From the NCBI GenBank assembly GCA_048938105.1, contig JBHLMN010000010.1:64001-128000 (forward strand): a stretch of DNA of 64,000 nucleotides, given 5' to 3'. Each line of letters starts with the position of its first letter. The first letter of the stretch is position 1. The position numbers and the translations under genes were made by a program. The notes below the pieces were generated by a model. It was not told the origin of the DNA. It worked only from the letters and a program-made list of their open reading frames with translations, and did no database searches. This document shows, piece after piece, positions 29,098 to 37,407 of the stretch. The DNA comes from Promethearchaeota archaeon (GTDB lineage Archaea; Asgardarchaeota; Heimdallarchaeia; Hodarchaeales; Hodarchaeaceae).

Positions 29098-29643
29098 ATG
29101 ATTGTAGGAGAAAGCTCATTGGCCGTTCAAGATTTTACTGCAAAATTAGTCCTTTTAGGAGATGGGAGGGTGGGGAAAACTTCCTTATGTTCTCATTTAT
29201 GTACCCAAAGTATCCCAGGAACTTATGATCTTACTGTTGGCCTTAATATTGAGGTTCATGAAACTGACATAAAAGGGACATCTGTAAAACTTGTTTTATG
29301 GGATTTGGCTGGGCAACAACGCTTTGGATGTGTTCGTCCAGGATTTTATTATGGGGCACGGGTCGCTTTAATCGTATTTGACCTTCAAAATCGTGGTTCC
29401 TTCTTCGATGTTAAACATTGGATTCGAGAGTTAAAACGTCACAGCCCCAGCACACCATTCATTCTTGTAGGCAATAAAGCTGACCTTTTAAAACGGGAAG
29501 TCTCTAAAGAAGAAGCAATAAGACTCGCTAGGGAGTTTTCAGTTCCCTATTTTGAAACAAGTGCCTTAAAAGGTAAAAATGTTGAAGAATTGTTCCAGTT
29601 GGCTACTCGAATGGCTATTCAAGGAACAGTTGTTGCGTACTAA
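29098..29643 (+). CDS. Rab-like small GTPase (Ras superfamily)
   Basis: G1 GDGRVGKT, G2 T(VG), G3 WDLAGQ, G4 GNKAD, G5 ETSAL. Confidence 0.95.
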   Translation: MIVGESSLAVQDFTAKLVLLGDGRVGKTSLCSHLCTQSIPGTYDLTVGLNIEVHETDIKGTSVKLVLWDLAGQQRFGCVRPGFYYGARVALIVFDLQNRGSFFDVKHWIRELKRHSPSTPFILVGNKADLLKREVSKEEAIRLAREFSVPYFETSALKGKNVEELFQLATRMAIQGTVVAY

Positions 29644-29671
29644 TTTCATATTCTTTTAAAATAAGAGTAAA

Positions 29672-29713
29672 TTACCACCTTTTTCCATAATGGGGGAGGT
29701 GTAATATTTTTTT
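29672..29713 (+). terminator. Hairpin plus T-tract downstream of the Rab-like gene
   Basis: ttaccacctttttcc-ataat-gggggaggtgtaa (G-U-containing stem) followed by a T7 run. Confidence 0.45.
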
Positions 29714-29882
29714 CTCTATAGAAATACCAGATAATCAGAGTATTTGAAAGAGTTTGTTCTCGAAAATTACTAAAATTGAATCGTAAGTAGGATGAATGGT
29801 TGCAAAACTGTATCTATTGGGATTTTATTTATTGTTAATGTCTCTAGTGTGAGGAAAATCCTCCTGATTTGGTGAAATATTA

Positions 29883-30554
29883 ATGATTCGGAATATAACA
29901 ATACAACGACATGGAGTAGCTGTTTTAATTCTAATATTAGGTATATTGTGCAGCTCTACCATCCAATCTAACAGCCATCCTTCAGGAGCAGCTGTTGATG
30001 TTCTTCAGGTTCATCAAGTAGTGAATACTCTTACAGCATATCAAGCTGATCAATTCACCGTGAGTCTTACGATTATCAACATATATAGTTTCAAAGATGT
30101 ATTGGATGTTTCAATGAGAATGAAAATCCCTAAAGAGGTTGAGTTTTTATCTAGTTCAGAACTGGATTTAGAAATTAAAAATGATTCAGAAGAATTCAAC
30201 TATAATTTTGGTACACTTAAAATTGATAAAAGTATTCATTTTTCAATTACATATAATGTTACTTCTGCTGAGACAAAGTCTGTAACCATTGAGGCAGTAA
30301 ATGTTTCTTATCGACTGGAAAATGGAATCATAGGATGGATTTTATCAAACACAGATAGTATTGGTTTACGAGGTAAAAAAGAAACTACAACAACAGAATC
30401 ACTACTTCCTATTCCAAAGGGAAAAATAAATGAAATAGACTTTGGTATATTTAAAATCCCAACAATACCGTTTCTTTCAGTTATTGGCTACATACTTCCC
30501 TTAGTATTTTTTAGCATAAGTATTTTCGTTTTAAGACGCATTCGGTACTTGTAG
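29883..30554 (+). CDS. Exported Ig-like (DUF11/TRAP-beta-like) protein with C-terminal membrane anchor
   Basis: N-terminal signal peptide, beta-rich core (FTVSLTIIN...ITYNV), Thr-rich linker, C-terminal TM followed by RRIR. Confidence 0.65.
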   Translation: MIRNITIQRHGVAVLILILGILCSSTIQSNSHPSGAAVDVLQVHQVVNTLTAYQADQFTVSLTIINIYSFKDVLDVSMRMKIPKEVEFLSSSELDLEIKNDSEEFNYNFGTLKIDKSIHFSITYNVTSAETKSVTIEAVNVSYRLENGIIGWILSNTDSIGLRGKKETTTTESLLPIPKGKINEIDFGIFKIPTIPFLSVIGYILPLVFFSISIFVLRRIRYL

Positions 30555-30801
30555 GCCTGAATCTAAAAAGATTCGTATTCTTAATTCTAGAAATTTTACT
30601 ATAGAGGTAAATATAAATTATAAAAATGGCTATTCTGGTAGGATTTTTTCTATTTTTGGATTATGGAATAAAATTAAGATTCCTAATTCACTATACCCCT
30701 CCTTATTATGGAATTGATGGCTAAATTCGACCCATCTGCCGAATAGTTTAAAACAGGGAAGGTACTAGTTCATTGTTGTATAAAAACAATGTCAGTAGAA
30801 G

Positions 30802-32229
30802 ATGAAAATTCCTATGACATCCTCCCAACGTTTTATTCATCCTTATTTGCCCCAGACTGAAACTCAAATTGAAGAAATGCTCGAATCAATAGGTGTTTCG
30901 ACGATTAACGAATTATTTTCAGGCATTCCGAAAGAATTACGCTTAACAAAAAAACTGAATCTTCCCTCTACTCATTCCGAGCAAGACACACTATCTACTG
31001 TTAAGAAGACACTTGGGAAAAACAAGACTGTAGATGAAATCTCTTCATTTCTAGGAGCAGGAATTTATCAGCATTTCATTCCCGCCATCATTCCATTTCT
31101 CTTGAATCGCTCAGAATTCTATACAGCCTACACACCATATGCTCCTGAAGTCTCTCAAGGAATGCTTCAAGCATTATGGGAATATCAATCAATGATAGCG
31201 GAAATCACAAGATTGGATCTTGTAAACTCGTCTATGTATGACATGGCTACAGCTTTAGGTGAAGCAGCTTTAATGTGCACTCGAGTTACAAAAAAAGAGA
31301 TCTTTCTTGTCCCCTCTTACCTTCAACCTGAAAAATTTCAGACTCTACGAACTTATACTCAAGGACCAGGCATCTCTATTAAGACATACCCTTTTGATAA
31401 AGAGACTGGAAAAGCTGATTTATATGCATTGTCAGAACTGACTAAATCTCATAAAAATCAAATATCTGGTATATATGTTGAAAATCCTAATTTTTGGGGA
31501 ATTATAGAAGAAGAGGTTAAAGAAATTGGGAATATTACTCATGATATAGAGGGGACTTTTGTAGTTGGTATTGATCCAATTTCTCTTGGAATTTTTAAGT
31601 CACCTGGGGATTATGGAGCTGATATCGCTATTGGAGAAGGACAATCTATTGGATTACCTATGAATTTTGGAGGTCCTTTGCTAGGTATTTTTGCGGTGAA
31701 AAATGATCGAACTCTTTCACGGGCCATGCCTGGCAGGATTATTGGCCTTACTACAGAAGTGAATTCCTCAAATAGAGCATTTACCATGACACTTCAAACG
31801 CGAGAACAACATATTCGTCGTGAAAAAGCTACTTCCAACATTTGCACAAACAATGCTCTCTGTGCACTAGCTTCGACAATATATTTGAGTTTGCTTGGAT
31901 CAAAAGGATTAGAACAACTGGCAGAGCTCTGTATGTCTCGCACAACATACCTAATAGAGGAATTAAGCTCTATCGATGGTATTAAATCCCCATATTTTTC
32001 AGGAATACCTTTCAAGGAATTTATTTTTCAACTAGATTCAAAATATCCTTCAAATGAACTTGACATTTTCCTTCTAAATAACAATATTCAAGGAGGTTTG
32101 TCATTACACCCATATTTTCCAGAATTAAAACAATGTTATCTAACAGCAGTCACAGAGATGACAGATATTGTTGATATTGATCAATTCACTCAAAAAGTTC
32201 GAGAATTCATCCTAGAACATAGAGGGTAA
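30802..32229 (+). CDS. gcvPA: Glycine dehydrogenase (decarboxylating) subunit 1
   Basis: FLGAG.Y.H, EFYTAYTPY.PE.SQG.LQ, TLQTREQHIRREKATSNICTN. Confidence 0.97.
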   Translation: MKIPMTSSQRFIHPYLPQTETQIEEMLESIGVSTINELFSGIPKELRLTKKLNLPSTHSEQDTLSTVKKTLGKNKTVDEISSFLGAGIYQHFIPAIIPFLLNRSEFYTAYTPYAPEVSQGMLQALWEYQSMIAEITRLDLVNSSMYDMATALGEAALMCTRVTKKEIFLVPSYLQPEKFQTLRTYTQGPGISIKTYPFDKETGKADLYALSELTKSHKNQISGIYVENPNFWGIIEEEVKEIGNITHDIEGTFVVGIDPISLGIFKSPGDYGADIAIGEGQSIGLPMNFGGPLLGIFAVKNDRTLSRAMPGRIIGLTTEVNSSNRAFTMTLQTREQHIRREKATSNICTNNALCALASTIYLSLLGSKGLEQLAELCMSRTTYLIEELSSIDGIKSPYFSGIPFKEFIFQLDSKYPSNELDIFLLNNNIQGGLSLHPYFPELKQCYLTAVTEMTDIVDIDQFTQKVREFILEHRG

Positions 32230-32233
32230 CAAA

Positions 32234-33766
32234 ATGTTCAAACAAACGGCATGGGAAAAGTCCTTGATCTTTGATCTATCGATTCCAGGAAGAATAGGAT
32301 ATCAGGTGGGTGAATTATCTGATATAGAAAAACCATTACTCACTAAGTCAAAACAAAGAATTTCTTCACGGATTATACGTAAAGAACGACTAAATCTTCC
32401 AGAAGTTAGTGAACTCTCTGTGGTTCGACATTTTACAAGGCTTTCTCAAATGAATTATGGTGTTGATACAGGATTTTATCCCTTAGGCAGTTGTACAATG
32501 AAATATAATCCTAAGATCTGTGATCTTGTTACCACCTTCCCAGAGGCTCAAAATATTCATCCATATCAAGATCCAAGTACAGTGCAAGGATCACTCCAAA
32601 TTATGTTCCAATTAGCAAAATGGTTGGCTGAACTCTCTGGAATGAGCAAAGTAACCCTCCAACCAGCCGCAGGAGCCCATGGAGAATATACTGGTATGAT
32701 GATAGTCCGTAAATACCATGAGTCAAAGGGAAATTTCAACAAAAAAACAGAAATAATTATTCCAGACAGTGCACATGGAACAAATCCAGCTACAGCCACA
32801 ATGTGTGGCTTCAAAACAGTAGTTATACCGTCTAATGAAGATGGTTGTGTTGACCTAGAAGCATTACGATCAGCTGTTTCTGATAGAACAGCAGGTATGA
32901 TGCTTACCAATCCCAATACCCTAGGTATCTTTGAACAGCATATTGAGGATATTCTCAAAGTTATCCATGATGTTGATGGTCTCGCATACTATGATGGGGC
33001 AAACTTTAACGCTATAATGGGTAAAGTGAGACCAGGAGATATGGGATTTGATATTGTGCATTTTAACCTCCATAAAACTTTTGCCACTCCACATGGAGGT
33101 GGTGGTCCAGGTGCGGGGCCTGTTGGAGTCATACAACGATTAGAACCTTATCTACCTGTTCCAACAATAGATTTTGATCCTAAAACTCATACATATTTCT
33201 ACCAATATGATCATCCTTTATCGATTGGTAAAGTTCGGAGTTATTTTGGTAATTTTTCCATCATACTCAGAGCTTTCACATATATTCTAAGATTAGGTTC
33301 TGAAGGGTTAAAAGCAGTCTCTGAAATGGCAGTTTTAAACGCAAACTATATGAAAGCTCTGTGTAAATCAATAAAAGGGTTTTCAGTTCCCTATGGTAAA
33401 GATTCTATTTGTATGCATGAATTTGTATTGTCATCGAAACAGATTCTTAAAGATATAGGCATTTCAGCTATTGATATTTCAAAATTCATTATTGATAGGG
33501 GTTTTCATCCACCAACTGTATATTTTCCTCTAATTGTGTCAGAAGCCTTAATGATTGAACCAACTGAAACAGAACCAAAAAAGATGCTAGATGGTTATAT
33601 AGAAATTTTGAAGGATGTTTCCAGATTAGCGTATTCAAACCAAGAGAATCAGCAAAAACAGATCCTAGAAGCCCCTTTTAACGCTTCAGTAAAGCGTATT
33701 GATGACGTGAAAGCAGCTAGGAACCCAATATTGAGCTATCGAATGTTAAAACAACAGGAAGGATGA
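32234..33766 (+). CDS. gcvPB: Glycine dehydrogenase (decarboxylating) subunit 2
   Basis: YPLGSCTMKYNP, QPAAGAHGE, SAHGTNPA, NLHKTFATPHGGGGPG. Confidence 0.97.
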   Translation: MFKQTAWEKSLIFDLSIPGRIGYQVGELSDIEKPLLTKSKQRISSRIIRKERLNLPEVSELSVVRHFTRLSQMNYGVDTGFYPLGSCTMKYNPKICDLVTTFPEAQNIHPYQDPSTVQGSLQIMFQLAKWLAELSGMSKVTLQPAAGAHGEYTGMMIVRKYHESKGNFNKKTEIIIPDSAHGTNPATATMCGFKTVVIPSNEDGCVDLEALRSAVSDRTAGMMLTNPNTLGIFEQHIEDILKVIHDVDGLAYYDGANFNAIMGKVRPGDMGFDIVHFNLHKTFATPHGGGGPGAGPVGVIQRLEPYLPVPTIDFDPKTHTYFYQYDHPLSIGKVRSYFGNFSIILRAFTYILRLGSEGLKAVSEMAVLNANYMKALCKSIKGFSVPYGKDSICMHEFVLSSKQILKDIGISAIDISKFIIDRGFHPPTVYFPLIVSEALMIEPTETEPKKMLDGYIEILKDVSRLAYSNQENQQKQILEAPFNASVKRIDDVKAARNPILSYRMLKQQEG

Positions 33767-33796
33767 TTCCTTACCGAAAAATGGCTAGAGAAAATA

Positions 33797-34450
33797 TTAT
33801 CCACTATCTTTATGGTTATTACGCTGTAAATGGGTCTTTAACATCTTATCAAATGCTTTTACAAGATCTAATCTGTCAAGAGAGAGTACCACATCCCCTC
33901 GTGTTTTTTCTGTAATGTTTCGAGCGAAATCAGTCTTTTTTCTTAGATTATATGTTAATCTATCTGGATAATCTAAAGTAATTAAAAACGAATATAGGTC
34001 ATCCATCATGTCAAGTGCTTTAATTGCTGTCTCATTCTCTTTCTTTCTAAGTGAATCAAGAGCCACTCTACGTAGTTCACCAATAAAATCAGGAATGCCA
34101 TGAAGGTAAGCTAAATAGGGTATTTTAAGATCGAAATAACTAGGGAAAGGTTGATTTTGAAGAAAAGAGCTAAGAAAAACAGCTTCAGCATACTCCTGAT
34201 TACAAGATAAAATCATACCAAATGGTGACGGATTCATATCTTGAGCTAGATCATTAATTCTAGCAATCAAAATACTATTTTCTTCAATTATTTTTACTGC
34301 TGCCTCGATTTCTTTCCGATGCAAATGTCGGATGGCAATTGATGAATTACGAATGGAAAGACGGCCTAATTTTATCAATTCTTCACGAGCTTCATTGTCA
34401 AGTTCTATCTTATTCCTTATTTCTGAAAACAATTCTTCCATTTCAGCCAT
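33797..34450 (-). CDS. Translin/TRAX-family (C3PO-like) RNase
   Basis: REELIK..R, QEYAEA, YLHGIPDFIGELRR, LRKK.D..R. Confidence 0.88.
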   Translation of the reverse strand: MAEMEELFSEIRNKIELDNEAREELIKLGRLSIRNSSIAIRHLHRKEIEAAVKIIEENSILIARINDLAQDMNPSPFGMILSCNQEYAEAVFLSSFLQNQPFPSYFDLKIPYLAYLHGIPDFIGELRRVALDSLRKKENETAIKALDMMDDLYSFLITLDYPDRLTYNLRKKTDFARNITEKTRGDVVLSLDRLDLVKAFDKMLKTHLQRNNHKDSG

Positions 34451-34569
34451 TTGTATTACCTGATTTCATTAATGTCCTCTCCCATGGATTGAATATACCT
34501 ATAATTACTATAAGACCATATATGACATGAATCTATATTCCACGGATTTCATTATCTTTTTTATATATA

Positions 34570-34706
34570 TGCGGGGGGTGAGATTTGAACTCACGAACGC
34601 CTATGCGACTGGATCCTAAGTCCAGCTCCTTTTGCCAGTATTTCATAATAACTAATCATTGTTTTCGCTTTTATCCATACCTTTGACCTGGCTGGGAAAC
34701 CCCCGC
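34570..34706 (-). tRNA. tRNA-Leu(TAG) with an insertion of about 52 nt (probable intron) in the D-arm
   Basis: Reverse complement: GCGGGGG acceptor stem pairs with CCCCCGC-A; CTGGA-CTTAGGA-TCCAG anticodon arm; long variable arm; GTGAG-TTCAAAT-CTCAC T arm. Removing 34628-34679 gives an 85-nt tRNA. Confidence 0.88.
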
Positions 34707-34714
34707 AATAGATT

Positions 34715-35026
34715 CTATAATTCTAAATTGATACCAACGGCTTGTCGAATTAGTTCAGCCAGGGGGTCTTTAACATCTTTTTGTATTAAAGGTAGCTCCA
34801 TTATAACAGGGAAAGGATTTTTTGTCATAAATTCAGTAATTTCTTGGTGATAACGTTCGGCAATATCAGGAGTAATCAAAATTATACTAATATCTTTCCG
34901 TAACCATAAACTAGATAATATCTCGAAAGGGTCTTCATGCTCTTCCTCTAAAGGGTAAACTTCTCCTATCCCTGCCAATTTAAGCCACTTACATGTTTCA
35001 GGATCACCAATAACAGTTATATAGAT
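34715..35026 (-). CDS. atpF: A/V-type ATP synthase subunit F (extended upstream of the track's TTG)
   Basis: IYITVIGDPETCKWLKLAGIG...DISIILIT...FPVIMELP...LIRQAVGI. Confidence 0.88.
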   Translation of the reverse strand: MYITVIGDPETCKWLKLAGIGEVYPLEEEHEDPFEILSSLWLRKDISIILITPDIAERYHQEITEFMTKNPFPVIMELPLIQKDVKDPLAELIRQAVGINLEL

Positions 35027-35040
35027 TTTCTTTCACCTCA

Positions 35041-35355
35041 TTACTCTTCTAGAATGGAGTGAGTCACCATATCAATAGCTTTTTCCATATTTTTCGAAGC
35101 CTGTTCTTCTAATTCCTTTTTCTGGTTTTCTGTTTGATTTTCAAGCTCCTTAATTTTAGCTTTAAAATCCTCACGGATTTTTTCCATCTGATCAGTTTGA
35201 ACGGCTGATTTTGTTGCACTTGCTTGTTTAAGTATCTTTTTAGCTTCTGAACGCGCCTCATCAATAATCTTTTGAGCCTCAAGAGTCGCTTCATTGATTA
35301 TCCTTTCAGCTTTTTTCTCTGCATCTCGAATGAGATGTAATAAGTCACCAGTCAT
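35041..35355 (-). CDS. atpH: A/V-type ATP synthase subunit H (G-like peripheral stalk)
   Basis: IRDAEKKAERIINEA...A..II.EA coiled-coil pattern; directly upstream of atpF. Confidence 0.75.
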   Translation of the reverse strand: MTGDLLHLIRDAEKKAERIINEATLEAQKIIDEARSEAKKILKQASATKSAVQTDQMEKIREDFKAKIKELENQTENQKKELEEQASKNMEKAIDMVTHSILEE

Positions 35356-35386
35356 TGTTAAGAACTCATGTAAAGGTTAGTGTAAA

Positions 35387-35461
35387 TGGGTCGGAGCAGA
35401 TTTGAACTGCTGACTTCTTGGGTGTAAGCCAAGTGTCATAACCAGGCTAGACCACCGACCC
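35387..35461 (-). tRNA. tRNA-Val(TAC)
   Basis: Reverse complement GGGTCGGTGGTCTAGCCTGGTTATGACACTTGGCTTACACCCAAGAAGTCAGCAGTTCAAATCTGCTCCGACCCA folds as a full cloverleaf; CCA not encoded. Confidence 0.95.
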
Positions 35462-35647
35462 TTTCTATGGTTATTGGTGGCTTTCTGTTGTTGATTGTAG
35501 GATTTATTTCTGTTCTAGTCTACATTACCTTGCTAGGAAAAGGAATTTATAATTTATTGCTTTTTGTAAATTGCACTTCACACTATTAAGAAGAAGTATT
35601 TTGCTTTAAGTGACTTCAATAATTGAAGAAATAAGGATCCTTGTGAA

Positions 35648-36682
35648 ATGGGCACCCAAATTGGAAAATTATTATCCAAATGTCGTGTTGAAATTGAATA
35701 TTCTGATTTATATGGAAAAAAGATCGGAATTGACGCTTATAATATGATCTATGCCTTCTTGGCACCAATTCGATATCGTCAGACTGGAGGAGGATATCTT
35801 ACTGATTCGGATGGTAATGTTACTAGTCATCTTTCGGGGCTTTTTTATAAGTTAACAAACTTATTACCCAATAATATCCGTCCTGTTTTCATTTTTGACG
35901 GCAAACCTCCCAAATTTAAGGAGACAGAAATTAAAATGCGTCAAGAAAAGAAGAAAGAAGCTGCAATAAGACGTGAAGAAGCTCTTGCTAAAGGAGATCT
36001 TGAGAGTGCAATGAAATATGCTGCAGTAACTTCCAAAATTACCCCTCAGATAATTGACGACGCAAAACGCCTTATCAAGTATTTTGGGCTTCCTTCGATT
36101 CAAGCTGCTTCTGAAGCCGAGGCTCAAGGTGCCTATATGGTACAGGAAGGTAAACTCGATGCAATGGCTTCTCAAGATTACGATTCCTTCTTATTTGGAA
36201 GTCCTCAAGTTATCCGTAATTTAACTGTGACAAGAAGGAGGATAGCATCGAAACAAGGAACTTTTGAATTGACACCGGAAAAAGTTAATTTTAATGAGCT
36301 GCTTGATGAATTAAAGTTTACTAATAGAGATCAATTGATTATGTTAGGTCTGCTTGTCGGAACAGACTATAATCCCAAGGGTGTAAGGGGAGTCGGACCT
36401 AAAACAGGACTCCGCTTAGTCCATAAATATATAACTCCCAATTCCCTCTTCGCATATCTAAATGCAAACTATTCCATCAAAGAATGTTTTCCATACCCTC
36501 CTGAAATACTGCTAGATTATTTTAGAACTCCTGAAGTTGATAAGGAATCTAAATTTACTTTCCGTGAACCAGAAATTTCTAAGATTAAGGAATTTCTTAT
36601 TGAGGAGAGGGATTTCAATAAAGATAGAATTGAGAAGCAATTAAGACAAATTATGAGAAAAACTCTCGATAGGTTTTTTTAG
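35648..36682 (+). CDS. fen: Flap endonuclease 1
   Basis: IDAYN..Y.FL..IR, TSHLSG, FDGKPP, SEAEAQ, SQDYDS, GTDYN..GV.GVGPKT. Confidence 0.96.
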   Translation: MGTQIGKLLSKCRVEIEYSDLYGKKIGIDAYNMIYAFLAPIRYRQTGGGYLTDSDGNVTSHLSGLFYKLTNLLPNNIRPVFIFDGKPPKFKETEIKMRQEKKKEAAIRREEALAKGDLESAMKYAAVTSKITPQIIDDAKRLIKYFGLPSIQAASEAEAQGAYMVQEGKLDAMASQDYDSFLFGSPQVIRNLTVTRRRIASKQGTFELTPEKVNFNELLDELKFTNRDQLIMLGLLVGTDYNPKGVRGVGPKTGLRLVHKYITPNSLFAYLNANYSIKECFPYPPEILLDYFRTPEVDKESKFTFREPEISKIKEFLIEERDFNKDRIEKQLRQIMRKTLDRFF

Positions 36683-36693
36683 ATTATTCAGGC

Positions 36694-37362
36694 TTAAACA
36701 CCGTATTTCCCTCTGAGGGGAACAAATGCAACTGATGATAATTTCTCTTTTTTTAATTCATTATCATTAATTTTCCAATATCGAGTCATCTGTTGCCAAA
36801 GTCCTGGCCGTCCCAAAGGCATCACTAAGCATCCATCAATCTTTAATTGATTCTTTAATGGGGGAGGAACGATTGGTCCAGCAGCAGTTAAGATAACTCG
36901 ATCATAAGGAGCTTTATCTTCATATCCTAAGGTTCCATCACCTTCAATGACTGTGACAGAACTATCGAATCCAGCACGAGTAAGGTTCTCCCTGGCAAAC
37001 TCAACTAATTTAGGTACAATTTCTATCGAATATACATGGCCAGGAGCTTCATCAGCTGCTACAATAGCTGCAATCAATGCAGCCTGGTAACCAGAACCTG
37101 CTCCTATTTCAAGGATTCTTTGGCCAGGAGCTAATTCAAGGTAATCCAAAATCATAATAGTCATGTGTGGAGCAGAAATAGTCTGTCCTGTATTCATCAA
37201 TGGTAATGGATGGTCTACATATGCGGAGGAAGCCATTTGTGTGGGAATAAACTTCTCCCGTGGAACTCGTCTGAAGGCATCAAAAGCTTTCTCGTCTTTA
37301 ACGTATCCTCTTCGCCGGTAATGATTAATTAATTGTTCTTTTACCACTGTATAGTCTGTCAT
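36694..37362 (-). CDS. pcm: Protein-L-isoaspartate O-methyltransferase
   Basis: VPREKF, GQTISAPHM, LEIGAGSGY, APYDR, FVPL. Confidence 0.95.
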   Translation of the reverse strand: MTDYTVVKEQLINHYRRRGYVKDEKAFDAFRRVPREKFIPTQMASSAYVDHPLPLMNTGQTISAPHMTIMILDYLELAPGQRILEIGAGSGYQAALIAAIVAADEAPGHVYSIEIVPKLVEFARENLTRAGFDSSVTVIEGDGTLGYEDKAPYDRVILTAAGPIVPPPLKNQLKIDGCLVMPLGRPGLWQQMTRYWKINDNELKKEKLSSVAFVPLRGKYGV

Positions 37363-37407
37363 CCTAATTTCCCTTATAATTATGTAAAATCCACTTAAGA
37401 ACTTCTT

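Noticed and set aside
34659-34850. 63-aa plus-strand ORF
   Set aside because: It is antisense to tRNA-Leu and atpF; a shadow ORF.
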